From Octopus bimaculoides (taxonomy: Eukaryota): 64,000 nucleotides of DNA. Location: the NCBI RefSeq assembly GCF_001194135.2, contig NC_068982.1, positions 67,600,042-67,664,041 of the forward strand. Reading direction: 5' to 3'. Shown here in pieces: positions 35,891-51,727 of the stretch. The translations under genes were made by a program, and so were the position numbers. The notes below the pieces were generated by a model. It ran no database searches. It saw only the letters and a program-made list of their open reading frames with translations, and was not told where the DNA came from. Every line of letters starts with the position of its first letter. The stretch's first letter is position 1.

Positions 35891-36261
35891 AACTCTGCAA
35901 CGGACTGGCGTCTTGTTTAGGGGGACTGTTGTGATCTGCGTCACTTAAACGCCACGGAAACCGGCTAACCGGTCTTTTGAGTCGCACATTTCAAGAAAGA
36001 AAGAAAAAATTCTTAGCACTAAGTTTCGTTTTGATAAGTTGGTAACATAACTGATACATGAAGGTTCAAGTTCTTGAGAATAAAAACAAAGAAGGGAGAC
36101 AACTGAGAAGGTAGAAAAGAAAATCAAGAATTCACTGAGATTTTATATGTTCAAACAGTTATGTGGATGAAGGCACGTTTAGTAACCGAAACATTAAAAA
36201 ACAAAAGTACGACTACAAGTAAGAAGTAAATGAAATATAATATCATTCGAAGGCTAATATT

Positions 36262-36460
36262 GGTTTCAAACTTTGGATCAAAGTCAGCAATTTCGGAGAA
36301 GGGGCTAAGTCGATCATATCAACTGGTACATAATATATTGACCTTGAAGGACGAAAGGCAGAGTCGACTTTAGCGCAATTTGAAGTCAAAATGTAAAGAC
36401 TGACGGAATGCCACCAAGCATTTTGTCCGGTGTGCTATCGATTCTGTCAGCTCACTGCCT
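36262..36460 (-). mobile_element. SINE family A
   Basis: Homologous to family A; head-to-head with the next copy. Confidence 0.8.
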
Positions 36461-36488
36461 TATGGTGATGATAAATATTTTTTCGCTT

Positions 36489-36694
36489 AAGATGGCGAGC
36501 TGGTAGAGTCGTTAGCACGCCGGGAAAAGTATTTGGCGGCATTCCGCTCGTCTTTACTTTCTGAGTTCAAATTTCACCGTTGTCGACTTTTCCTTTCGGC
36601 GTCGATAAAATAAGTACCATTTGAGCACTGGGCTCAATGTAATCGACTTACTCGTTCGCCCGGGATTCCTGATCTTCTGCCAACATTTGAAACC
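36489..36694 (+). mobile_element. SINE family A
   Basis: Head GATGGCGAGCTGGTAGAGTCGTTAGCACG; B box TGAGTTCAAATTTC. Confidence 0.8.
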
Positions 36695-37705
36695 GATGTC
36701 ATTTTTTCGTTTACGACAAGTACGAGAGACAAGTCCAGTTTTGTTTCGTTCTACTGGAACTTTTCAACGAAGTATAGATTCATCATAACTTGCTGAAATA
36801 TTAGCAATTGGATCACTCACTATATGTTTAAAATAAATTTAAATTTTGAGTTTAAAATACTAGGTTGCCAGGAAAGCTATACGGAAAATAGTTTTATGTC
36901 CGAAACTATTCTCTTACATTTTAAAATTGACTGATATTTCTTCTTTCCCTAACCTCTCTTCTTCCTCTCTCCAGTACCCCTCTCTCATCTCTCTATCACT
37001 TTGAACTGAAATATTTTTCTTTCTTCAGACTTTCCCATTAGATTTCACTTCTCGCAACACAAATGCCACACATTTATACAATTCTTGAGCAAACGCACTG
37101 GCATTTATAAAATTATTACTAATTGAACTTAATTTTGAAATAAAAGTTAATAATTTTCTCTCGATGTTAAGATGATAATTGATAATTTGCTTACAATACT
37201 TTATGGTAAAGAAAAATAAGAATTTTCAAATACCAAAAGCTAATTATTGCAAAAATATAATTACATTCTGTAATAAACAGCCGCTAGTAAATATTACATT
37301 TTTTCTCTATCTCTCGCGAAATTAGAAATAAAACAAAATTGAATAACAGTTTCAGCTTCTTAAACTGGGCTATAAAGTTATAAAGATAAAAATGACTGAA
37401 ATAATAGCAAACATAAGAAATGTTGCATACATTTTTTTTTATTAAAACGAAACTGTTTCAGAAGTATACTGTATGTAAGGGAAAATGTGTATAGTGTCGG
37501 TGATACTGCATTTATGCTTATTTCGTTGTTATTAAATGTGTTCATAGATGTACTGTTGGAATGTATGTACGTGTATGAGTATAAATGTGCGAGGAAAGTA
37601 GGAGATGCTCACGTATGCTATAACACACACATACATACACATACGCTCGCATACTAATATTCACACAAAAGCATTCACTCATACAAACATACAAACACAC
37701 ATACA

Positions 37706-37749
<44 letters not shown>

Positions 37750-38417
37750 TGCACACACATACGGTTTTTAAATTCTGTGCAAAGCCGAAGGCAAATAAAG
37801 ATAAGTGTTTTGCCTAAAAACAGAACATTATCTGCTGAAATATTGCATCTCTCAAAAATATGTATAATATTAATGTTGATGGTAATGATGACGACGATGA
37901 CAACAACAACAACAATTATAATATTTTCTTTAATCACTACTGAGGGCAACATATAAATACAATTCATGAAAAGTTAAAACTAGGAGTATCGCAAAACAAA
38001 GCAAAGCAAAGTAATAGAAAACTGAATGGCGGTGGTACAGGGATAACTTCCAAAGTATCATATTAAAATTTATATCAGGTTATGCTTGTTTAACCAATTG
38101 TCACTGACAAGTGAGTGTGACCTGGTAGTTTGTACCATGATTTCGCTAATAGCTGTAGATGCCTATGCAACCGCAAGCATAGAAACCCTTCCAGCTCTCC
38201 CACCCTTGATTCAGGGAAACATGGAGAATGTGACAAATGGCGGACGAGAGAGCTGCACCAGCAACTAGGTTGCTGTAAACAGCAGCTGGATAGATTGGAG
38301 CAATGTAAAATGAAGTATCTTGCTCTCTAGGTCACAACGATATATAACCAAACGGGATGGAGTTATTATTGCAAGAGATAAAAATAAAAATTACTACTTG
38401 AATATAAGGGTAATTAT

Positions 38418-38850
38418 TCTTTTTCATTTTGGCACAAAGACAACAATTTATAGGGTTAAGACAAGTCGATTACATTGACCTCAATACTTGTCTGGTTCTT
38501 TATTTTATCGATTCCGAAAGAATGAAAAGCGAAATCGACTTCTTTACTCAGAACATAAAGAGCTGAAACAAATGTCACTAAGCATTTAGTCCGACGTGCG
38601 AACGATTCTACCAACTCACTGCCTAAATAGTAATAATGGTTTCAAATTTTGCCACAAGGGCAACAATTTTGAGGGAGGGGATGAGTCGATTACATTAACC
38701 CCAGTGTTCAACTGGTACTTATTTTATCAACCCCGAAAGGATGAAAGGCAAAGTCAACCTCAGCAGAATTTGAACTCAAAAACGTAAAGACGGACGAAAT
38801 GCCGCTAAGAATTTTGTCCGGCATGCTAACGATTATACCAGCTTGCCGCG
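38418..38850 (-). mobile_element. Two tandem SINE family A copies (38418-38623 and 38638-38850)
   Basis: Homologous to family A. Confidence 0.8.
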
Positions 38851-39298
38851 TCTAATCCTAAATAGTAATGATAATAGCTGTTTCACATTTTGGTACAAGG
38901 AATTTGAACTCTGAATGTAAAGAGTTGGAACAAATCTCGTAAAGCAATTTTTCGGCGTTCTAACGAATGTGTCAGCTAGAGATTGTAATCATAATAGTAA
39001 GTTATAGTATTAAAAGGACGATGGCGCTTATAAAATCAACCTCAGTACTTGACATCAGCTTATTTCATCAACCACCAAAGGATGGAAAGGAAATTGATGA
39101 GAAATTAAGTCACGGTTGGTTTTTAACCCAGAACCCGATATTTCGAACACCTACACAATTGAAAATAATTATTAGAAAGAAAAAAAATGTAGTTGTCACG
39201 ACCGATGTAGGAGAATACCAGATTAAATCAATGAGTAATTCTGATGAAAAAAGAGAAAAGTGACAACCCGAAAATCTAAATTAATTAAAAGCAATATA

Positions 39299-39512
39299 AG
39301 ACGACAAGCTGGCAGAATTGTTAGCACGTCTGGATATAATAGTTAGAGGCATTTCTTCCGGCTCTACGTTCCGAGTTCAAATTCTGCCGGGGTCTACTTC
39401 GCCTTTAATCTTTCGGAGTCGATAAAATAAATACCAGTTGAGCACCGGGATCCATGTAATCGAATCACCCCTTCCCACCAAATTGCAGGCCTTATGCCTA
39501 TTGTAGAATGAA
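39299..39512 (+). mobile_element. SINE family A
   Basis: GCTGGCAGAATTGTTAGCACG...GAGTTCAAATTCTGCC. Confidence 0.8.
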
Positions 39513-41836
39513 TATATCTAGCTATCTGTCTGTATTACTAAAACTTTGCTTTCTTCAAGATTTAGCTTAGTTTCTTTTTTTTTAAATGAAAATAATTGAA
39601 TGGAAAAAAAAAAACCTAACGTAAATCTTAAACGTTTGACTAGATATTTGGACTTATTGTGGTAGTTCATTCCGCTTTTTTTTCATGCTCTTCACCATGG
39701 TCGATGTGATGTATTACGAATTGATATAGCTTAAACAGAATTCATTACAGCTTCTCAATCATGGCTTTTGGGGAACTTATCATTCTAAAGCTCATGCACA
39801 AAGATAATTGTTTTCTCTGAGATATTTAGAATCTTGCAGTTTATTTTATAATGATAAATGATTCTGTGTGTGCGTCCATGTATGTATGTACGCATGCATG
39901 CGTATATGTACGCATATGTATGCGTGTATGTGTCACGTATTTCTGTACGTATGTGTATGTGTATGTATGTGTGTATGTATGCGTGTATGTATGTGTCATG
40001 TATTTATGTATGTATGTGTGTGTAAGAGGAAGTGAGTGTGTGGGTATGTGTATATTTGTCTGAGTGACTGTGTGTGTGTGTGTATGTGCGTGTGCATGCG
40101 TGTGTGAGTGCGTGTGTGTGATTATCCAATATAAAGTGTAATGCTTTTAAGTTCGAATTATATTAAAAATGTTATGATTTCTCCGAATTCCAACTATTTA
40201 AGATTCATAGCTTGAGCGTATGAATACAATTTCATCCCCAGTAAAAAATTATATATTAATTTAGTTTATTAAAACATTATAACCTTCCTTGTCTTTTCTT
40301 TTTTGTTACTGTTAAATGATCTTGATTGCTTCTTGGCTGGAAGATATAAAATATCTATACAATAGCTTGGTTACTGAATCATTCCATTACTCACGACGGT
40401 GCATATTAATTAATAACATATAAGAGTTAATTAGTTCTCGTGCACTAATTGCCAACTTAACACCTCCAGTAATCTTGTATTCTTGATATTGACTAATATA
40501 TAGATTGTCTGATTGAAAGAGAGCGAGCCTGGTTGTAGTTGCACCAAAACTGAAGAACATCCAATGAAGTGATCTTAAAACCATTTTATATATAAAATAA
40601 CTATATATTTTTATACAGAATTAATTAATGAATCAAGTTAATTAAAGAATTTAAATCGAAACTTTGTGACAACATTATAGTCACCACAGTGAGCTAATTA
40701 CGAAAAGCGCGCGCAGCAGTAGTCATATTTGTAGAATTAATTTTGTGAACCATTTTCTGATTATATTTTATGTTCTATAAAAATATTTTTTCTCTTATAT
40801 AATACTATAATATTAAGGATGAATGAAGTAAAGATAACAAAATATATTCTGTATTGCCTTAGTTAATATTACGATACCGTAATATGAACTGCTCATATTT
40901 TGAACATCGTTAGTACCTCATCAAGAACAAAAGATTACATAAACGGATAAAATTCCTATATTTCTACTGAATTCTGATGTATTTACGTAATACAGTTTAT
41001 TCTTAATGACTATTACTGAAGCTATAATAGTTATGTTGGTTTAGTTTGCATAAAACAGTCGTATATACAGAATACTATTACGATTTCCAGATCACTCACT
41101 TCCGTAGTATTCGTCGGAAAATATAAATAGCTACGTCCCATTATCCTCCTGAAATATATAGATTCATGTGCCTAGTAAACGCTATTTTTCATGTTAAATT
41201 ATAAATCTTCTGAAGAAAGTAGATAGCACCCGTAACTATTGAATAGTCTTCGATTAATAATGTAATGCACACCGATGTTAACTTGAACTTCGGCAGAAAG
41301 ATAGAGGGAGAGAGAAAGGGCAAGAGAAACTGGGTGGGAGTAAAAGGTAGCAGGTGGGAGTCGAGAGAGGGATGAGGGAGTGAGATAAATGGAAAGTATT
41401 TGGTGCGTCAGTGTCTCTTCCAAATGGTTTCAGTTTGGGAAGTAAAGATTAACCCTTATAGGCACTTTATGTCTATAAAGGTTAAGAAAGAACTACTGTA
41501 AAAATGACGAGGAAAAATTATGAGTTGAATGGATTTGGAAGTTTAGAATGGTAAATACGGTTGTATTAGTTGAATAGAGAAGGCAAGCGTGTTACTGATA
41601 ATAGCTAAGGATGACAGCATGTTATCGGTGGCAAAGAGACTGAGCATTGGTGAATGGATTTAACTATCAATGGAATGGGCAGATTTGTATATAGTCTGGA
41701 TCATATGCTGTTGTTGAACGTCAGGTCAGCACTAATCGTGGAGACTTATGACCAAAGGCATACCAGCCGTGACCATCTCATCTTTTCTCGAAGAAATATA
41801 TCTATAATTACTGGAGTTGAGGGTGAAAAGGGGGCT

Positions 41837-41867
<31 letters not shown>

Positions 41868-42044
41868 CAAGAGAGAGAGAGAGAGAGANNNNNNNNNNNN
41901 NNNNNNNNNNNNNNNNNNNNNNNNNNNNNNNNNNNNNNNNNNNNNNNNNNNNNNNNNNNNNNNNNNNNNNNNNNNNNNNNNNNNNNNNNNNNNNNNNNNN
42001 NNNNNNNNNNNNNNNNNNNNNNNNNNNNNNNNNNNNNNNNNNNN

Positions 42045-42100
<56 letters not shown>
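41837..42100. repeat. (GA)n microsatellite spanning an N gap (41889-42044)
   Basis: Read directly from the sequence. Confidence 0.95.
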
Positions 42101-42101
<1 letters not shown>

Positions 42102-42499
42102 TCAAGAGAGAAGGAAGGAGAGAGTGAGATTGGGAGAGAAAGGAAGAGAGACAAATGAAGAGTGTTTGGACTGTCTGTGTGTCGCGTAGAGATGCAAGTG
42201 GGGGTGAAGTGGGGGAACTAGTAAATGTAGAGAGTAGAAGATTACAAAAAATTCGGTTTCTGCATAAATGATATCAGTGTGAGATGAGTGTGAAAACACT
42301 GAGGTCGTTGATTTTGGGGAAGGATATGGAGTGAGATAGATACCATTGGTATTAGAAGTATTGGTTGTAGTTTGAGAAGTTCAGAAATTGATAGAAGCAC
42401 GAACCGAACGAGTTAGGATCCTGTGAGGAGACTACAAAACTTTAAGTTGCATGGGGCCAAATCAAGCTGTTTTAAACTATATTTCAATTCCTTAATCGG

Positions 42500-42705
42500 A
42501 TGGTGCGTTGTGTTCTTGAGCAAAAGACTTCATCTCACTTTGCTCTACGATCACTTCGACACCTGACACATCCACCTGTTCAGATTTTGATTTAATGGAG
42601 GAAGTGAGCTAATGTACGACACGAATTTTTGATCACTATGAAACAAATAATTTGTGCAGGTCATTTGGCAAAACCTGAATGCTCATGGATGAGAGAGTCC
42701 GTCAT
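42500..42705 (+). mobile_element. SINE-like family B, second copy
   Basis: Homologous to 10340-10552. Confidence 0.6.
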
Positions 42706-43612
42706 AGGTACACAATAATAATAATATTTGGATGAAATCTATAAACATTTAATGCATTGCCTTGCGCGTTTCCATAAACCACATCTCTTAAGATCACAGT
42801 CCGTATTCCTGGGATGGTTACAGTGCAGTCCGTAGTATCCGTGGGTATCGGGCTGATCATCTCCATGGATTCATTTCTTCAGGCGATATCACATTAATGG
42901 GTGTACAACATAGGGAGGTTTATCCCTTTTTACCAGTAAGAAGGTTAAGCGAGTTATGTGGGTATTTTAGTGTGTATTTGGTGGGGAGGAGAAGGTGATG
43001 GAAATAAGAAGGAATGGTAGTTATATGAGGATGGAGGTGAGTGTGGTGGTGTTGGACTTCTTTTGCTATTCATAGCAGATGTTAAGGATGGCTAGTACAT
43101 TCTTTGTTTTATTTCATTTAAGGCACGACTATCTTCAATAAATTCTGAAGTCAACAGATCATTTGGTACTGTGACTGAATTGATAAATGATACTTTCTTA
43201 TGGTAGCCTTTTCATTATTTCCGGTGGTATAATGTAACATCTACTCGTGTATGTATGTATGTATGTATGTATGTATGTATGTATGGAAGAGTTAGGGAAA
43301 CAGGTGAGTCGTGAGCAGAGAAGAGACTACATATGGGCAAAAACTATCTTTTGAAGTGAAGCTTGAATAAAGACATGAACAGCAGAGACAGATAGCAGTT
43401 AAAGGTTGAGAGAGTAAGAATGTGTCATTTGTGAATTTGTAACAGGATGCATGGTTTGAGTGTAAGGAAGAGGATGTATCGTTTGGGTGTTGGTAAGGGA
43501 ATTGTTAGTTCTGGACTAGATCGGGTTAACTGATGGTAAAGATGAAGAGGGAAAATTATCCAACGGGTTTACTTTTATTTTTTATTTTTAGCATTTAAGG
43601 AAATGTAAACGG

Positions 43613-44208
43613 GGATCTTTTTTAAAACGGGGGCCACATTTTTCATTAACGAAACACTTTGAAACTTGGATCACTGGTAGAATGTGTCATATAAAACATC
43701 TTTTTCTCTTAGTCTTCTTAAAAAAAAAAGAAATCCATAAATTATTCCATGTTAAAGTTGTCGTATTTCTGTAATTTCAATCAATCACTGACGTCCATTC
43801 AGCCGATATACATTAAGTGCCGACTACATAAACAAACGATTCTGAAACAATTAACCCTAACCCTAACCCTAACTCTAACCCTAACTCTAACCCTAGGGTT
43901 AGAGTTAGGGTTAGGGTTAGGGTTAGGGTTAGGGTTAAAGCAAATTTAAAATGAAAAAAGCAAATAAAACGAAGAATCGTTTGTTTATGTAGTCGGCACT
44001 TAATGTATATCGGCTGAATGGACGTCAGTGATTGGTTGAAATTATCGAAATAAGACAATTTTTTACATGAAATAAATTCGAATACAAAAATATTTTTCTG
44101 TTCTATAACACAAAATAGATAAGTATACGAAGTTTGAAAGTCTTTCGGTACCAAAAGCACTACGTAAAACATTAATGAAAAATGTGGCCCCCGTTTTAAA
44201 AAAGATCC
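43613..44208. mobile_element. MITE with perfect 37-bp TIRs, 8-bp TSD, inner inverted repeat and central telomeric palindrome (copy 2)
   Basis: TSD GTAAACGG at 43605-43612 and 44209-44216; inner IR about 43772-43843 and 43974-44045; seven TAACCC-type plus seven GGGTTA-type units at 43852-43937. Confidence 0.94.
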
Positions 44209-44699
44209 GTAAACGGCACTGGAGCAGTGAGATATCACACCAACCCTTTTACCAGGAATCTAGTCCAATTGCAAGCGGCAGAGCGAACAACGGTAAAAAT
44301 AACCAAGATGGAATGTTAACAGATTGGAGTGATTGGTCCGTCAGCTGTAAAAAGATAAAAAGCAGAAGAAACCAAATAATATGATCACAGGAATACACAG
44401 ACTAGAAAACACTGCCATATGCATACATGATCGCACACTGTATCGACCATTTGCTGATGTCTGCAGTTGTTCAGTTACTTTCATAAACATTCAGGTAACG
44501 ATTCGTAGTTTTTCTCTTATTTTTGTATATCGGTCACTTCATGTTATGACGACGATAGCAATAATAATTATAAGACTAACAAGAGGAGGACCAATGCGTC
44601 GAGACATCAAACAAGACAGTGTAGAGTCTACACTGTCTTGTTTGATGTCTACACTGTAGACGATATATAAGTAGTGGAAGAAGGCGGGTAAAAGAACAT

Positions 44700-46100
<1,401 letters not shown>

Positions 46101-49100
46101 TTAAATGATAATTATCTTAGAAGATTTTTTCCTCTAAGCTAGTGCAGGCGGAAGGTTTCCTTCATATGGTATAGGCTATAGTTTCTGTTTCTTTGCATTG
46201 TGTGTGAATTACTATGGTGTTACTTTGTTACAAATATATCTGAAATAATGTTTTATCACCCATTCAACTTTTATGGAGAGTATTTCTGTGCTTTATTTAC
46301 GCGTTTGTGATTAGTATGAACAGATTAGGTAGAAAGGAAAGAACTTCGGTAGTTCAATGTTGGTTTTGGTAGATACAAGGTACAAAACAACCATTGTCAA
46401 TAAATTTTCTGTAAACTTGATTGAAAATATATATTTTCCGGCATAAATGTTTGATCTAAGATTTGTTACTGTTTTTTAACAGTAGTTTTTCTCAGAAGTT
46501 TTGTTAATTTGCCAAATATCGATTTTAACAGCTTTTGTGAAAAAATTAATAAATCATTTGTGTAGGGAACTTTTTGAAGAACAAATTTGTTCTGCTCTCA
46601 GTAACGATAATCAAAACAAATGACGGTACAACGTTTTATCACGGAATTGCCAATGACTGTACATTAATATCAAGGAAATAGTTTAAAGCTGAATTAACGA
46701 AAATAACAAAGCGTAAGAAACTAAAAACAATCTAACTGATGATTCATTTGTAGTCGGTCTAATAGTGTTGGTTATGTTTTTAACTGTGCTGTTTCTTTAA
46801 CACAGTGAAAACTTCTTTTTGATGCAACATATGCGAAGACTCTCACATTAAAGGGGAAAGAAAGAAACGATAGCTGCCTGAATTTGATCTTACATAGATT
46901 AGTTACGTCCTTCTGTCCTCAGAGCTAAATATCACTCTCTAAATATCTCTGATCTTGTGGAAATCATTAATTATTTAAAAAAAGAAAAAGAAAAGGAAAA
47001 GAAAACCAATGTTACATCTACTGTGATTTTTAGCTTAATCAAATTCTCAGTTAGCGATCTTAAAGAGTAAAATGACCTTCAGAGTGTTAGGCTAAAAATC
47101 ACTAAAGAACAGTGTTCAAATTTCTATTTCATAGAAATATGTCTGAGATTGTGTTTTTGTTTAGTAGAGTATTAAAATATTTTCAAGATGTTATTGTACC
47201 CAAGAAACTGGATGAGACTTCTATCACAGTGATTATTTGTTACAATCTAGAGAAAGAGAGACAGATATAAAACTGAAAAGAGAATTTGAGTTTTATTACA
47301 TTACTATTATGTATATTTAGATGCTTTTTTAAATACATTTCTTCATTCTGCAAGATTATATCCCCTTCTACTCATATTGACAGAATGCAAATTTCAAGAT
47401 CTTCAACCTACTTTTTAATACCTGGAACAACAGAGTATATGTGTTGAACTTCTAATGTTTTCCATCTTAAAATCTCTATAAACACCTCATTAAACTTTCA
47501 ATATTTGATGTTATGGCACAATGTTTGCACTGTTCTCCGGTTTAATCTCACCCAAACTTTCAAGCGAATTAAATACGATGGGATTAGATTTTGTCCTTCA
47601 AAGTAAATCATGCATGAAAGAGGGAATGGAAAAACAATAGCATTCAGATATTCCTGTTCAAATCTCAAAACGTATTAAGAATGAATAGATGCGTTATAAC
47701 TTGGACTCTAGCTGCTCTACGCGCAACTCATAAATTTTCAATAGTTTGGTAGACATCAACACGCATCAACAAATGATTTGTTTGCTGATTCTTATAAGTG
47801 TTTTCCGATGGCAAAAAACAACAGCGACCAGATATTCACATCTGAATCTGCTACAAGATATTAAAAACAACCATTGTCTGTTCTGCGTGTCCCCCCATGA
47901 ATTATAACCAATAGTTAATATCATGAAAACTATTAGTTATAGTTTAATATTGTCTCTATTTCCTTGTCTCTATGTCACATGTCAAAAATATTTACAGGAA
48001 GTGAATTATTTTTTCACTTTTTACGATCTGCTCTAAATGAAATAAATTAAAAACATTCGCCAGATTTACCGCAGTCATTAAATTTTACATAATGTTGATA
48101 TTTTCTTTCGTTTGGAAGACATCAAAGAATAACTTAGAGGAGAAAAATATGGACAGTAAAAATTTTATAACTATGAGACATATTCAGTTATCATACGAGT
48201 TATGCTGCTAATTTACATTTACACTGCTTTCATTTATTTAATATATTTCCACCCTGTTTATAAATATCACATTTTGGACATTTAGACATAGCATTAATTT
48301 CATAAATCGATATTCAATTTTATCTTATCATGTCCGACACGCTCTGCACCCAAACTGCGCAAATAATATTATTAAAATATATTCTACATTATATATTTCC
48401 TAGTGTATTCGTCAGGAATACGAATATATATACTATAGAAATAATACCCATCGCTACTTTCAGGAATAGCGCTGACAGAGGCAGAAAAAGAAAACCGAAC
48501 AGCCTTCTTATAAATCATTGATTAGCTTATGAAAAATAAATGAAGTTATTGTTATACTTTAGCTACAGAAACCTCACCAGTAAGACAGTAAATTGTTCTA
48601 ATAGCCTGCATTCCTGATACTTTTAGATAAATTATTTTGCGTGGTAAGTTTCCACTGTGTCTGAAACAGTTTATTGACTGTGACTTCTTGATTAATGTTC
48701 TTTTTAAAATACCATTAGGAAAGATGCTATGACGAAAGAAATCCGTGTGAATTGAAGTATTGCACATTCGGTTCAACTTGTCTCTAACACGGTAGAGGAA
48801 TGTAAGTTTTGATAAATAAGATTATTGTTTGCAACGGAAGTCTTCTGCAGAAATGGGTAAAGAATAGCCTTTGAAGACGATGCTAAAGCAAGTAATATAA
48901 CTTGGAATTACGCAAAGAACTGCAGTAGCGCGTGGCATTCTATAATATTCGTTTTGAAAGTAAGAAATAGATGTCAGAAATCGGTGATAGAGCGAGCCTA
49001 TTTAGCTAATAGAAAAGAGTTAATCGATTAATAGATATACAGAAAGCCAGTTCGAATTCACTTCTACGTTGAGATAATTTTAATCATATCTCTATTGATA

Positions 49101-49774
49101 TTGATATTTTATGACGTGATATCGTTGATACTTCTGATAATTTCTGAGAAATTATTGAAAATAATTCACACAAATCTTTGATTATGGCTGTAGTATAGCA
49201 GAATCAGTATCTGTTTTTAAAAGTATTAGTTAAGTACTTGTGTGTTAATTTTTTTTCAGACGAATTGGTATTGTAAAGTGACACGTAAGCTGTTGTAAGA
49301 CATTGGATTTGTGACTCGATGTATAGAGCTGTACTTTACTAAATCAGATTAAGAAATGCAATTTACTTTAGTCATTTCATCGCTTATTCCAGAAATATTC
49401 TAGATTGTACTTCATTAAAAATATTTCACGATGGAATTTCCTTCCCTTAAATATTACTATTAAGCACATTACAACTATTAATGTTTCATTTTAACAAACT
49501 GTATTTGCTCTACTGTAATTCTATCCTTTCTCTCACGCTGTTTTGGTTTCCTAATGTCTGTTTTAATTTCATTACCATTGAGTTCTTCTGTGGCAGTAAA
49601 ACACTCTTCCGACTCCACTATATCGTCAACATGTGACTAGATCTATTGAATAGGCTTGGTCAATTTAATAATTCTTTTGGAAGCGTAGAAGACTTAAGGT
49701 CACCTCCAAGAAGACAATTACCAAAGCGATAAATCAGTTGAAAGTAAAACAAATCTAGTAATAAGGTTCAATCT

Positions 49775-49798
49775 CCATCCATCCATCCATCCATCCAT

Positions 49799-49834
<36 letters not shown>

Positions 49835-50130
49835 CCATCCATCCATCCATCCATCTTTTATCCCTTCTGGGAAGATCAGGGCCTCAGGCACCTTTGCCAT
49901 AAGGTCCTATCAGAAGTAACCGACATTATACTTTGCAGCTGGATTCCCTATGGATATTTTCCAACAATCTCGTTCTTGGTTGGCTCGGCATAAAGAATTC
50001 ATCTTGTAATTCTTTCCTACGACATTCTAATCATATGTCGTAGTACCAGAGCTGCGATCGCTCAATGTGAAGTATCAGCTCGACTTGAAAAGACTCACTT
50101 GATCGCCGAGCTATGACTGTCGGGTAACAA
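49775..50130 (-). mobile_element. RTE-type LINE 3' end with (GGAT)n tail
   Basis: Minus strand LWYYDI*LEC resembles LRWYGHVIRM, and DRTLWQRCL resembles the RTE C-terminus; runs into (GGAT)n at 49775-49853. Confidence 0.5.
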
Positions 50131-51619
50131 TATAAGGTTAAAATATGTATAATTTTATATTATAAAAGAGAAGAGGAATCTCCGCCTGTCTGTCTGTCAC
50201 AACATCTATAAGAGGGTATTGTTATATGTTGAAATAAGTTGGATTTTCTTTTTGAGAAGATTAAAAATGTGTGAGATGGTTAAATGCCAATTATGGAAGA
50301 AAGTACTAATAATACAATCACCAATATAAATGGAAGTTCCTATTTCGAATTAGTATCATTTTATTCTTTTTCTAAAAGTGTTACATTAAACTAATTCGGA
50401 CTTCTAAATAATGATGCTTTTTACTTACGTTCTCTTACTAGCTCTTTCCTGTAGGGTGGTGGTTTGTTTTCATGAAGAACTCTTAATGCTATGTTCTTCA
50501 GTACTCCTTGTCGTCTGGTATAGGTACCATCTCTTCAAGAAATATTCTTAGGTCTTATGTTCACCAGATATTTTCTAGTGAAGGAAATTTGACTGCTATA
50601 TGGGTAAAATGACTACTTTATTGGTATGACTACTTTATAGGTAAAATAGGTTAGCAGTAAGAAAACTGTATCAATTAAAATTTGCCTGTTGTTTTAATTT
50701 CTTATATTTTTTTTTACTGTTTAATCGGAGGAAGAGAAACTGTTCATAGCTTTTGAAGTCCCTTAAAGACCGATAAAACCGATGCAGTCGATATTTAACC
50801 TTCAATCTTTGCAGTTCGATGTCTGTAGGTAAGACATGTCAGAGAGGGTTATAGAGGTTACAGTCTTTGGAAGAACAAAAGTGAAGTGCCCAATATGAAA
50901 TTTGTGATAGGAATGTGGTAGGGGTAGGGGACAGGAAGGTAAATGCTGTGAATGAACTTAAACACCGATGGTATTTATCTTACTCGTTTAACCACATGAA
51001 GATATTTTGAAATATTAAGTGGTTGCAAAAAGAGAAAATGGAACGTTGATTGGCTAGTTGTTGCTGTGTAATAGCAAGTCTTACGATTAGTAACGTTTTG
51101 ATGGGCTTACCAACAGGTCGGCCAGTCATTATTTTGAAACAGTGAAGAATGTTCAGTGTCTTAGTAGATGAACTGTTCTATATAACTGGCTAGTACTCTT
51201 ATGTGGATAGCACTTTGTCTAACCAAAAATCAGCAACTGTTAATAAGTTAAAACATTTCTGGTTAGGTTATACGCCGTCCTCATGAAAGATCATTATGGA
51301 TTGTGATGCATTCCAGTTGTGAAATATTTGTATGCTATTGTTGAATATGGATTGAACGGCATGAGGTGATTGGGATGTTTGGACGCTGGAAATTTGGCAT
51401 GGCAGACTGGGCATCTAACCTGTTTAAGCGCCAGTATTTTTTGGCACTGGTCACACACATGCACGCACACACACACACATGATCAGAAATATACGCATAA
51501 AATATAGAGGAAGAAGGTGTGAAGAGAAAGAGACATTACTATCTATAAATTGAATACGAATGAGATATAAAGAAAAGTATGCATAAAGAAAAATATACAT
51601 ATAAAGAAAAATATGCGCG

Positions 51620-51727
<108 letters not shown>

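Noticed and set aside
36160-36200. GGATGAAGG...CCGAAAC hammerhead-like trace
   Set aside because: Core, helix I and helix III are too degenerate.
38150-38330. GC-richer segment with short ORFs
   Set aside because: Shares GCTGTTTACAGCAACC with about 61905-61925, so it is probably a repeat fragment, not an exon.
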